From: Candidatus Eiseniibacteriota bacterium
GTDB lineage: Bacteria; Eisenbacteria; RBG-16-71-46
Direction of reading: 5' to 3'
Length of the DNA: 39,103 nucleotides
Assembly (NCBI GenBank): GCA_038231135.1
Contig: JBBRLX010000037.1
Span: forward strand, 1-39,103
Positions 1 through 8,019 of this stretch are shown here, one piece after another. Position 1 is the stretch's first letter. Each line of letters opens with the position of its first letter. The notes under the pieces are model-generated. The model was not told where the DNA came from, did no database searches, and saw only the letters and a program-made list of their open reading frames with translations. Both the position numbers and the translations under genes were made by a program.

Positions 1-159
1 ACGAACAGCTCTACCTCGAAACCTTCGCCGTCCCCGCCCCGCCCGACCGCGCTCGCCTCAGAGTGTCCGCCTCCCGACCGGCTCCGGCCATCCCTCAAAC
101 TGCGTGACCCAATCACCATCAAATAGCGTGACCACGCTCAGGGATAGGTTGTGAGAGCC
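1..159 (+). mobile_element. Probable right end of an unidentified IS: C-terminal end of an ORF (stop at 105-107) followed by a terminal IR-like end
   Basis: A + frame reads EQLYLETFAVPAPPDRARLRVSASRPAPAIPQTA* to 107. The segment ends at 159 in ...GGTTGTGAGAGCC (reverse complement GGCTCTCACAACC), a GGCTC terminus like that of the ISL3 in this window. The OLD-like reading frame loses plausible homology at this point. Confidence 0.4.
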
Positions 160-701
160 GACAGCGGCTCTGTCACTTACTTCCTGTTCCACATGATAGT
201 CCCGATCAAGAAGGCAAAATGTCGCGATGGATTCGTCGATCGCGTTCTTGAGAGTCATACGTGAACCGATCACCTGTTGCCACCCGCCCCATCCACCCAT
301 CGATACATGCGGTACATTGCGTAAGGGATCGCTGCTTTGCGGATAGAGCGTGGCATGCATCTTTGCAAGCAATTCCAGGTCGTCGCCCTCTACCACAAGG
401 AACCGCCGCGCCCTCCACAAACGCGTCAGTTGAAGGTTGTGCACCGTTCCAATCGCAGTCATTACGCGCTGAACGGCGGGAAGAGATTCAGCGAACCCCG
501 AATGCGAGCACTCTCGGTCAATGACCAACACATCATCGGACTCGACCTCACTCAGGATTTCAGCTGAATGAGTGGCGACGATGGTTTGAACGAATCGCCC
601 TTTCAGCATCCGGATTAGGCGACGCTGGAGGTCCGCGTGCATGTAAACGTCGGGTTCATCCAACACGACCATCGAGCTTTGTGCCGTGCGCGCAAAAAAC
701 T
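160..701 (-). pseudogene. Middle fragment of an OLD-family ATP-dependent endonuclease (ABC ATPase C-half plus TOPRIM)
   Basis: Walker B VVLDEPD, H-loop IVATHS, TOPRIM VEGDD and DRD motifs. Starts at the ISL3 IR (702) and is cut at about 160. Confidence 0.8.
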
Positions 702-2096
702 GGCTCCTCTCAAATTTCCGTGAACACAGGGTAGGAAGCTGATTCGAGGAGCTTGACGAGCAGAGACGTCCTGGTCCATCCATGTCCCTTCCACTTTTCG
801 CGAAGGAGGAGGGCCAGAGGGATGAACCAGAACGACGGGGATGATCTCGCGATTTACCTGGGGCTGCAAGATTTCGAAGTGGCGCTGCTGGAGGTCGAGA
901 CCTCGCGGCGGCGGGGCCAAATCAAGGTCGTGAGCCTGGCCCGGCGCCGCGGCCCGCATCGGTGTCCGGAGTGCGGACGCGAGCACGCCGAGGGGTTGTT
1001 CGAGGAGGCGGAGGCGATTCGGATGCGCGACTGCTCGATCGGTGACTTCGAGACCTACCTGGAAGTGGAGCCGATGCGGGTGGCGTGCTGCGGTGGGACG
1101 CGGAGTGAACGGCTGGGGTTCGCGATGCCGGGGTTCCGGATGACGCGGCGATTCTTCGAGCGGATCGCAGCACTGTGCACCCGGTTGCCGATCGCGGCGG
1201 TGGCGCGGATGGCGAAGCTGTCGTGGGCGACGGTGGCCAGGGTCGACGGCCGTGCGATCGATCTGGGACTCGGGGACCGCACGCTGGATCTCAGGCAACT
1301 GCGTTGGATCGGCGTCGACGAGGTGTCGTGGACCGGGGGGCGTCGCTACTTCACGATCGTGACCGATCTCGAGAGCGGACGGGTGGTGTGGATCGGCGAC
1401 GGCAAGGGGAAGCGCGGGCTGCTGTCGTTTCTGCGTGCCCTGGTCCGCGGGGACGGCGCAAGCTGCGTGGGGTGGTGAGCGACCTGGGTTACCAGTCGAT
1501 CATCGCCAGTCGCCTGCGGCACGCGGTCCATGTGCTCGATCGGTTCCACATCGTCCAGTGGGTGAACGAAGCACTCACGAAGCTGCGACGTCGGTTGTTC
1601 TCGGGCGCGCCGCGCGACGAACTGGGACGCACGTTCAAGTCGAAGAAGTGGCTGCTGCTGTCGGCGCGCGAAAACCTGGAGCACGACGCTCGACAGGAAC
1701 TGGATCAGTTGATGGAGCTCAACCAGCCGCTCTATCAGGGCTACCTGCTCAAGGAGCAACTGCGCGGGATCCTGCGCCACCCGTGGCGCTACTTCGGAGT
1801 GCTGCGGGAGCGGCTCCACAACTGGATCGTCACGGTGCTCGGCAGCGGCTTGCAGGAGTTCAAGCCCGTGGCACACCGCATCGCCAACCATCTCGACGCG
1901 GTGATCGCCGGTCATCAGCACGACGTGCCACTCGGTCTCGTCGAGGCCATCAACAGCAAGATCGCCGCCCTGCGGACTCAGGCGCGCGGCTATCGCGACC
2001 CGGAGTACTTCAAGCTCAAAATCTTTCAGCGCTGCGGCCTGCTCGACAATCCGTGGGCTCACATCGTCCTGTGATTACGGAATTATGAGAGGAGCC
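702..2096 (+). mobile_element. ISL3-family insertion sequence (1395 bp)
   Basis: IRL GGCTCCTCTCAAATTTCCGTGA at 702. IRR reverse complement GGCTCCTCTCATAATTCCGTAA ending at 2096. Encloses an ISL3-type transposase. Flanks (AAAAAACT versus GGAAAAGT) are not a target duplication. Confidence 0.92.
822..2074 (+). pseudogene. ISL3 transposase, frameshifted near 1440
   Basis: RBS AAGGAGG upstream of ATG 822. First frame has zinc finger CPECG..CCG and IGVDE. Second frame has VSDLG, LDRFHIV, VEAINSKI, ARGYRD. One extra base near 1441-1443 would join the frames (FLRAL-GPRGRRKLRGVVSD). Confidence 0.88.
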
Positions 2097-2501
2097 GGAA
2101 AAGTAATACCCATCGTGGTACTCGGAGATGCCGAAAATGTAGTGGTATGGCGCTGGCCCGGCGTACTCGTAGGGCAACGGCGATTCGACTTAGATGTGGG
2201 CTCCTCCGTCATCCAACCGCCACCAAGTCCCGACTCGGATGCGTATCCCATGTGCGTTCCCCCTAGACTCTAGTCCGACGCCATGCCGGATCTACCCACA
2301 GTATCATGCTCGGCTGGCCGTCTTGGCCGCGCCTGCCGCCGGCTCCGCGTTAGAGGTCGGCGCCATTCGGGTCGCGGAGAATGTTCCATGACTGGGATCG
2401 AGGCTAGCGTTCGGGCAAGAATCGAAGTCTCCGGTGATCAGCGACAATCAGAACTCCCGCCCGTGGAAAAGTAGTTGTCGCCCATCAGTCCTTACCGTGA
2501 C

Positions 2502-2612
2502 CAACTGATCCGTGGCCGCTACGCCGGCCTCAACGACTCCCATCTGACCGAGAAGGTGCGTGAACTTGAGCACTGCCTTGTTTCACGCGAGACGGTGCGA
2601 GGCATTCGGTGA
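2502..2612 (+). pseudogene. Fragment of an ISNCY (IS1202-group-like) transposase
   Basis: Not in the ORF track. Translates QLIRGRYAGLNDSHLTEKVRELEHCLVSRETVRGIR*, the YxGxNDxHLxEKL...VSRETVR helix-turn-helix segment typical of these transposases. Cut by the IS3-like IR at 2610. Confidence 0.65.
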
Positions 2613-2746
2613 TCCGCTCCCCAACGCTGGAGCACTAGGAGTGATCCGCTCCCCAGTGCGCATCTCCGGTCCTCCCTGGGTTGGAGGACCGAAAGTCTAC
2701 CCGCTAAACGGGGGTCACACTGCTCCAGGAATCGGGGAGCGGATCA
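2610..2746 (-). mobile_element. 137-bp internally deleted IS3-family element (MITE-like) with a duplicated end
   Basis: TGATCCGCTCCCCAACGCTGGAGCA at 2610-2634 is inverted to 2721-2746 (reverse complement TGATCCGCTCCCCGATTCCTGGAGCA). A third copy TGATCCGCTCCCCA lies at 2642-2655. The minus strand keeps TAGACT, GGAGG and ATG CGC after the left IR. Confidence 0.7.
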
Positions 2747-2905
2747 GGTTGAGATGCCGTTCCAACGTCTTCGCGTACTCGCAAGGCGTGCAGCGGGCCA
2801 TTGCTTCGGGCCACTCCATTTGGGCGAGCAGCGGGGCCTCCAGGCGCCCTTGAGAGCCTGTTTGTCGACATCATTTCTTGCACTGACCTCGGCGGTTTGG
2901 TCGAC

Positions 2906-3787
2906 TCAGAATACGACTAGGTAGAAGTTTGCATCTGTCGGCAGGAACCCTCGCACTTGCTGGTGCGCGATATCGCCGAGGGCGATGTAGGTGACAACCA
3001 TGATTTGGTTCGGCGACGGTATCGAGACATTGGCCACGACAAAATTTGTCGAAAATGGATCGTAGGAGGGAACCGTCGTACCAGGATCCAATGGATTCAC
3101 GCCGCTCGGGCGAGACTCGGCGGTTACGGAAATGAAGCGGTCGCTGACACTGAAACCAAAATCGATAATGTAGACACCCCTATCCACGCGCGCGAGTTGG
3201 AATCCGCACGGCTGTCCGCCGCCCCCGCCTGCATTCGGCTGGGAGTTAAAGCAGTGTTGAATGACACGGATAGGGCTCTCGGGATCGTCACTGTGCGTGA
3301 CACGTACCATTGCCTTTACCCAGCCGCCCTTGTCGCGCCTTTGCGTCACGTGACCTTCCGCTCGCATGGCGAATCCCGACGCACTCTCTCCGTAGACGCC
3401 GACCCCGGCATCATTGACCCCGAAGACCCCGGGCTCCCCTGGCGCAAAGGAAATGCCCTTGACTCCAATGGGGCCAAGTCCAGCCACGCCTGCAGCCAGC
3501 CCATCCCCCCAGGAGCCGTTCGCAGTGCCAAACACTCCGACGCCTCGGTCCGCCTCGCCGTAGACCCCCGTTCCGGGATCTCCATCCCGGTCAACGCCCT
3601 CTACCTTACCGAACACACCAACTCCACCTGACACCGCCGTCCCAGCAACACCGACGCCGCCATAGCCACCACGGTCACCACTACCGCGACCCTGAACCGC
3701 AGTGCCACCGCCGCCATCACTTGATACATCGAATACAACATCCTCGTCGTACGCACCGCCGGAAAATGGAAGCACCAATTCACCCAT
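2906..3787 (-). CDS. Hypothetical glycine-rich protein with GVxG repeats (possible beta-solenoid or fibre-like protein)
   Basis: GGGAG RBS before ATG 3787. Repeated GVAG/GVFG/GVYG/GVKG units followed by a globular C-terminal domain (CFNS..CGF..GVYIIDFGF). Confidence 0.7.
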   Translation of the reverse strand: MGELVLPFSGGAYDEDVVFDVSSDGGGGTAVQGRGSGDRGGYGGVGVAGTAVSGGVGVFGKVEGVDRDGDPGTGVYGEADRGVGVFGTANGSWGDGLAAGVAGLGPIGVKGISFAPGEPGVFGVNDAGVGVYGESASGFAMRAEGHVTQRRDKGGWVKAMVRVTHSDDPESPIRVIQHCFNSQPNAGGGGGQPCGFQLARVDRGVYIIDFGFSVSDRFISVTAESRPSGVNPLDPGTTVPSYDPFSTNFVVANVSIPSPNQIMVVTYIALGDIAHQQVRGFLPTDANFYLVVF

Positions 3788-3856
3788 GTTGTACACTCCC
3801 TCTATTGGCTCATAGGCTGATTGCGGTCAGGGGCTCGGATGAGGTCTCTGAATCAT

Positions 3857-4855
3857 TCAGCTTCCGCCATCCGATCCACCATCTGTTCCGCCATCCGATC
3901 CACCATCTGTCCCGCCATCTGTCCCGCCATCCGATCCACCATCTGTCCCACCATCTGTCCCGCCATCCGATCCACCATCTGTCCCGCCATCCGTTCCACC
4001 GTCTGTTCCATCATCCGTCCCACCATCAGTTCCAGAGGATGGATCCGGGTCAGTCCCCCCGGGCACGCCGGAATCGACGGGAGACGAGTCGGGAGAAGTG
4101 TTCGAGGGGTCCGTCGGGACGACCTCCACCAGGTCGCTAGCCAGGTCGACGGCAATCTCCCCAGCTGTCACAAGGGCCTCTTCTGCCGCCGCGCCAAGGC
4201 CTTCAGCGATTGCAAGCGCAGCCATGCTGGCCAAGCCGACGAGAAGGCCCGTGGCCCATCCTTCTGAAACAAGACCCGGCTCGCTCGGATCCCCAACGAC
4301 AGTACCTGCTTCGTCGTCGGTGAACACAACGTTTGACACATCTGTAACAATGACGCCAGCCTCTTCCTCGGTGAAAACGACATCGCGCGCACCCAGCGGG
4401 CCGTTCGACCAGGCCGCGGCAAGATCCTCGACAAAGGCGACAATCAATGGATCGAGCGGTGCCATGATCCCGGGAACAGACAACGCCAATACGTGTTGCG
4501 CGCCGCCCGACTTGTGATCCGCAATCAGACGCCACCGGGGAGAGAGGTGCGACAAAGCCCGCAGCTGTTGGCGTGCAGCCCTTCGTGCCCCTGGCCGGCG
4601 GGGACGGATCCGAGACCACACAGCTGCACTCGTCAGCGCAAAGCGAATGTGACGTAGCAAGAACGGGTGAAACGCGGCTGATCGCAAGAACAAGTGCACC
4701 GTGTTTCCGTGGCGATACAGCCTTATCTGTATGGAGGCCTTGTGCGCCCGCGAAGGTCTCGATGACGACAGCCTTGCAAACCGGACCGCCAATGACCGCG
4801 TTCCAAGGAATCCACTTCGCGTCAGCTTCTTGAATTGTGTGTCCCGCATCTTCAT
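3857..4855 (-). CDS. Hypothetical protein with Arg-rich N-terminus, acidic C-terminus and G[T/S]DG tandem-repeat tail
   Basis: AAGGAG RBS 7 nt upstream of ATG 4855, in frame with the 387-aa ORF. Same strand as and directly upstream of the Gly-rich gene. Confidence 0.6.
   Translation of the reverse strand: MKMRDTQFKKLTRSGFLGTRSLAVRFARLSSSRPSRAHKASIQIRLYRHGNTVHLFLRSAAFHPFLLRHIRFALTSAAVWSRIRPRRPGARRAARQQLRALSHLSPRWRLIADHKSGGAQHVLALSVPGIMAPLDPLIVAFVEDLAAAWSNGPLGARDVVFTEEEAGVIVTDVSNVVFTDDEAGTVVGDPSEPGLVSEGWATGLLVGLASMAALAIAEGLGAAAEEALVTAGEIAVDLASDLVEVVPTDPSNTSPDSSPVDSGVPGGTDPDPSSGTDGGTDDGTDGGTDGGTDGGSDGGTDGGTDGGSDGGTDGGTDGGSDGGTDGGSDGGS
3866..4033. repeat. Coding minisatellite, 14 imperfect 12-bp units (CCATCTGTCCCG / CCATCCGATCCA variants)
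   Basis: Minus-strand translation GTDG GTDD GTDG GTDG GTDG GSDG ... gives 14 four-residue units before the stop. Confidence 0.95.
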
Positions 4856-5133
4856 GACAACACTCCTTTGTGGAGCCTGCACTACCAGGGCGGAGGGCGC
4901 CGACTGCGGACGAGGTAGCTCCTCTCTCATTGCGTTCCGCCGCTCAATCATGTCCCAGGTGCAACCTACCCGGGCATGCCGAACTCTGAGTGACCTTCGC
5001 CCAAAGCTGGTGCAAATCATGATACCAGTCTCTGCAGGTTGATCCGCCGTGGGCCGGTTCGAGACCCCACGCGCTCAGTTCAACAACAGTTGCACGAGCC
5101 GTTGCGTGCGGGCTGGCACGCGATCTAATCGCG

Positions 5134-5215
5134 CTAGAAGCCATCTCACAAACACCGGCGGAGCAGGATGACGATGCAGCCGAGCTGGACGAAGCCGAGG
5201 AAGTTGAGCACGTCG
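5134..5215 (-). mobile_element. Right-end remnant of an IS5-family (IS427-group-like) element
   Basis: Minus frame ends NFLGFVQLGCIVILLRRCL*, a typical IS5 transposase C-terminus. It is followed by CTAGAAGCCATCTCACAAA, which matches the IS5 left end CTAGAAGCTGTCTCATAAA at 38940. Confidence 0.75.
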
Positions 5216-5406
5216 AACTTCAGCGCGTACCATGTACAGTTACTCTGGCCCGGACTATTCATGAGCGCGACTGACGCAGCCACAACGACGTGTCTCGGGC
5301 GGTCTGAAAACGTTCGTAGGATGCACCCGTAGCTGCAGCGTTGCAAGCACGATCTCCGGTGCGATTGCACGGATACATTGGTCGCGTCGACGTGGTTTTG
5401 AGCCGG

Positions 5407-5432
5407 TGGAGTTCTCAGGATTCGGTGGACAC
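5407..5432. mobile_element. Possible solo IS3-family terminal inverted repeat
   Basis: TGGAGTTCTCAGGATTCGGTGGACAC resembles TG...GTGGACAC IS3 ends. Lies just past the break in the OLD N-terminal fragment. No partner end found. Confidence 0.35.
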
Positions 5433-5499
5433 TCCCACGCCGTAGGTCAGGCGGCGACGCACGGTCATCAGCATTGCGTGGATCACGACAGACTTAGCT

Positions 5500-6152
5500 A
5501 GACCTTTCCCACGCTCAAGGCTCTCCACGACTATTCCGGGCCACGAGGTGGAAGTCAGTTCGCGAAAACCTCGCCAATGCTCGTCCATGTAGACAAGTTG
5601 GTTGCGAAAGTGCGACGGCGAAAGATAGGAATCGACGGCGCTCCGAACATATTCGGGGGCGAGGCGGACCTCTTTAGGTCTTAAGGGCGCTACCTGCGGC
5701 ATGGTTGCCAGGCGACCGAGCTCGACCGCCGCGGCGCATGATCTATCTTTGACCGGTTTACCATCCGTGTCGATTACTACCCCGTGAATCCGCTCGTTGG
5801 GCCCCAATTGAATCTCGATCTGTCTGCCATCCGAGAATTCGGCCACGATCTCAGCAGGGGGTTCGTCATAGTGGTGAAACAATCCGTCCCACGTAAATTC
5901 GAGGCGTTCGAGAGAAGGTGAGACGCCTCTGTGTCCGCGAGGAAATGTCGACCATTTAGGCGCAGTCGCAAATGTTAGATGCTTATACCGGGATGTGATT
6001 AGGGAAATAAACCTGAGGGCCTCAACTATCGTGGACTTGCCAGCATTATTTCGGCCGACGAGAACAGTCATTGGCCTGAATGAAATGGTGTGGTCGCGGA
6101 ATCCTCGGTAGTTGCGAAGGTGTAGTTTCGTAAGAGTCGTTGGATGTGGCAT
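5500..6152 (-). pseudogene. N-terminal fragment of the OLD-family ATP-dependent endonuclease (AAA_15/AAA_21-type ATPase)
   Basis: MPHPTTLTKLHLRNYRGF start and Walker A GRNNAGKST, but no Walker B. Homology appears to end near a CTAG at 5498-5501; the frame runs on to a stop at 5415. Confidence 0.8.
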
Positions 6153-6798
6153 CAAGTGGGTTCCTCGTTGGGACGACACGCCTCTCGTCGCCAATCGGTT
6201 CAAGACATCGATGCTCTCCCTCGGCTACATTGGCTACGGTCTCAGCGTCCATTCACGTCCGACGCTGCCCTCCGCAGGCTATCGACACGAAGCGCCCCAA
6301 CGCAACCAAGCCGTTGAGGCGCTCCGCAATGTGTTCACGCGACGTCCGTTGAAACGCGCGACCTCAATTCTTGTGATTTCGGACCAACCCAGTTAGGAAA
6401 CCGTAGCTCTCGTGGCTGGGCGGCCGTCCTCAATCGCTTCAGCTTCCGCAAGGCACTGGGGGCCGCGGTCGTGATTAGGGTGTGGGCTCATCCGACGATG
6501 ATATCGGTGTCAGCGTGACAACCGTGATCGCAGCGATGCCGTGTAGCGTGGCCAGAGACAGACGAACATAACCGCGAAGAATCCTAAGATGACGTCGAAG
6601 ACCCGCAGGACCGCCCGTCTTGGGCCGCGGTTCCAGCACTGCCTCACTGCCGCCCGATTCGTAAGGCCTTCGCATCACAGCTTCATCCGTCAGCCGGAAT
6701 TTCGCGGAGAATCTAGTCTGGAATGACTGAGCCTCGGCGAACCATTGTGCCCACGTCGCGGTCAATGTTCGGGCAGAGCACCCCGCCCCCCCCCCCCC

Positions 6799-8019
6799 TC
6801 ACCCCATCCGCTCCCACACCCGCTTCGCGCATTCCTGCGCGCGCGCCGCGATCTCGCGATCCTCGAGCGTTACGAGCACGCCATTGTCCATCACGATCTC
6901 GCCCGCCACCATCACGCTGCCGACGGGTGCGCGCAGCAGGCCCGCCCATACGTGCTCGGGCAGCGTGCGCGCCGAGAACTCGGTGGCGGGACGGTAGTCC
7001 ACGAGCACCAGGTCGGCGGGCGCGCCGGGCGCGATCCGGCCCAACTCCTCGCCGAAGAACCGGCCCGCCCACTGGGGACCGTTCACGAACAACCGGCGGT
7101 AGTGGCTGTCGGCACGGGCGCCGAGCGTCCAGCCGTGCGTGATGTCGGGCAGCGGCGGCGCGTTCACGGACGAGTCGCTGCCCCAGCCGACCTCGGCCTC
7201 GCGCACCAGCGCCGCGACCGAGCCGAATCCGACGGCGCTCAGCAGGTCGCCGCGTTCGCGCGCCGCGGTGATCAGCTCGCGCGGCGCGATCTCGGCGTGC
7301 GCCCAGACCGCAGGTGGGATGCCGGCGCGCTTGAACGACCTGGCGCCACTGCGCTCGGCGGGCGTCAGGTCGAGCGCCAGGTCGACGTGCACCGGCAACC
7401 GCTCGCCGGCGATGTCGAGCGCCTGCTCCACCATCGTGGTCATACCGGCGAGCGTGGTCGGCTGGACGCCGAGCATCGCGCGCAGCCTGCCGTCGCGGCG
7501 GCGGCCGAGCTCGACGCCGAAACCGCGGGAGTCCTCGGTCGTCGCCTTGCGCTCGCGCGGCGAATCGGACTCGGACACGCCCCAGCACGTGGCGACGCGC
7601 ACGCCGATGTCGGTGGCGGCCGCGACCACCTCGGTGAGCGACACGTCGACGGACGGCCCCGAGCGATGGAAATCGCACACCGTCGTCACACCGTGACGCA
7701 CGCCCTCGGCGAGCGCGGCGGCGACCGCCCAGTACACGTCCTCCGGCGCCAGCGCCTGCTCGTAGCGCCGCCATTCGCCGGGCGTGTGCAGCGGCAGCCC
7801 GCGCGCCAGATGCCGCGCGAGGTGCGCGTGGGTGTTCACGAACCCCGGCATCAACACGCGGCCTCGGGCGGGCCAGCGCATGTCGCCGGGGAACGACGCC
7901 GCGATCGCCCCCGCGGCACCGACGTGCGAAATGTGGGCACCGATCACGCGCACGGCCGCGTCCTCGAGCACGGCCGGCTTCGCTCCGCCCGTCACCACCG
8001 TGCACGGGCCAATGATCAT
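6799..8019 (-). CDS. Amidohydrolase-family protein (SsnA/MtaD-like, divergent)
   Basis: LMPGFVNTHAH (HxH), GVTTVCDFH, GSD and GAPADLV motifs. ATG overlaps the upstream stop (ATGA 8016-8019). Confidence 0.8.
   Translation of the reverse strand: MIIGPCTVVTGGAKPAVLEDAAVRVIGAHISHVGAAGAIAASFPGDMRWPARGRVLMPGFVNTHAHLARHLARGLPLHTPGEWRRYEQALAPEDVYWAVAAALAEGVRHGVTTVCDFHRSGPSVDVSLTEVVAAATDIGVRVATCWGVSESDSPRERKATTEDSRGFGVELGRRRDGRLRAMLGVQPTTLAGMTTMVEQALDIAGERLPVHVDLALDLTPAERSGARSFKRAGIPPAVWAHAEIAPRELITAARERGDLLSAVGFGSVAALVREAEVGWGSDSSVNAPPLPDITHGWTLGARADSHYRRLFVNGPQWAGRFFGEELGRIAPGAPADLVLVDYRPATEFSARTLPEHVWAGLLRAPVGSVMVAGEIVMDNGVLVTLEDREIAARAQECAKRVWERMG

Noticed and set aside
1430..1480. Programmed frameshift in the ISL3 transposase
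   Set aside because: No slippery heptamer, and ISL3 transposases are normally a single ORF. A one-base loss explains it.
2097..2260. Protein-like minus frame (GIRIRVGTWWRLDDGGAHI*VESPLPYEYAGPAPYHYIFG...)
   Set aside because: Has an internal stop and no recognisable family. Possibly a decayed gene but not supportable.
2747..2864. Possible IS3 transposase C-terminus (CTPCEYAKTLE) and IS1031-like end GAGAGCCTGTTTG
   Set aside because: Too short to call as features, with no partner end found. Used only as weak context.
3866..4033. Repeat array as a CRISPR
   Set aside because: Units are 12 bp and contiguous with no unique spacers, they are in frame in a CDS, and there are no cas genes.
6204..6780. 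Short ORFs upstream of the OLD fragment as a defence partner gene or retron ncRNA
   Set aside because: No motifs, RBS, reverse transcriptase or convincing inverted repeats.
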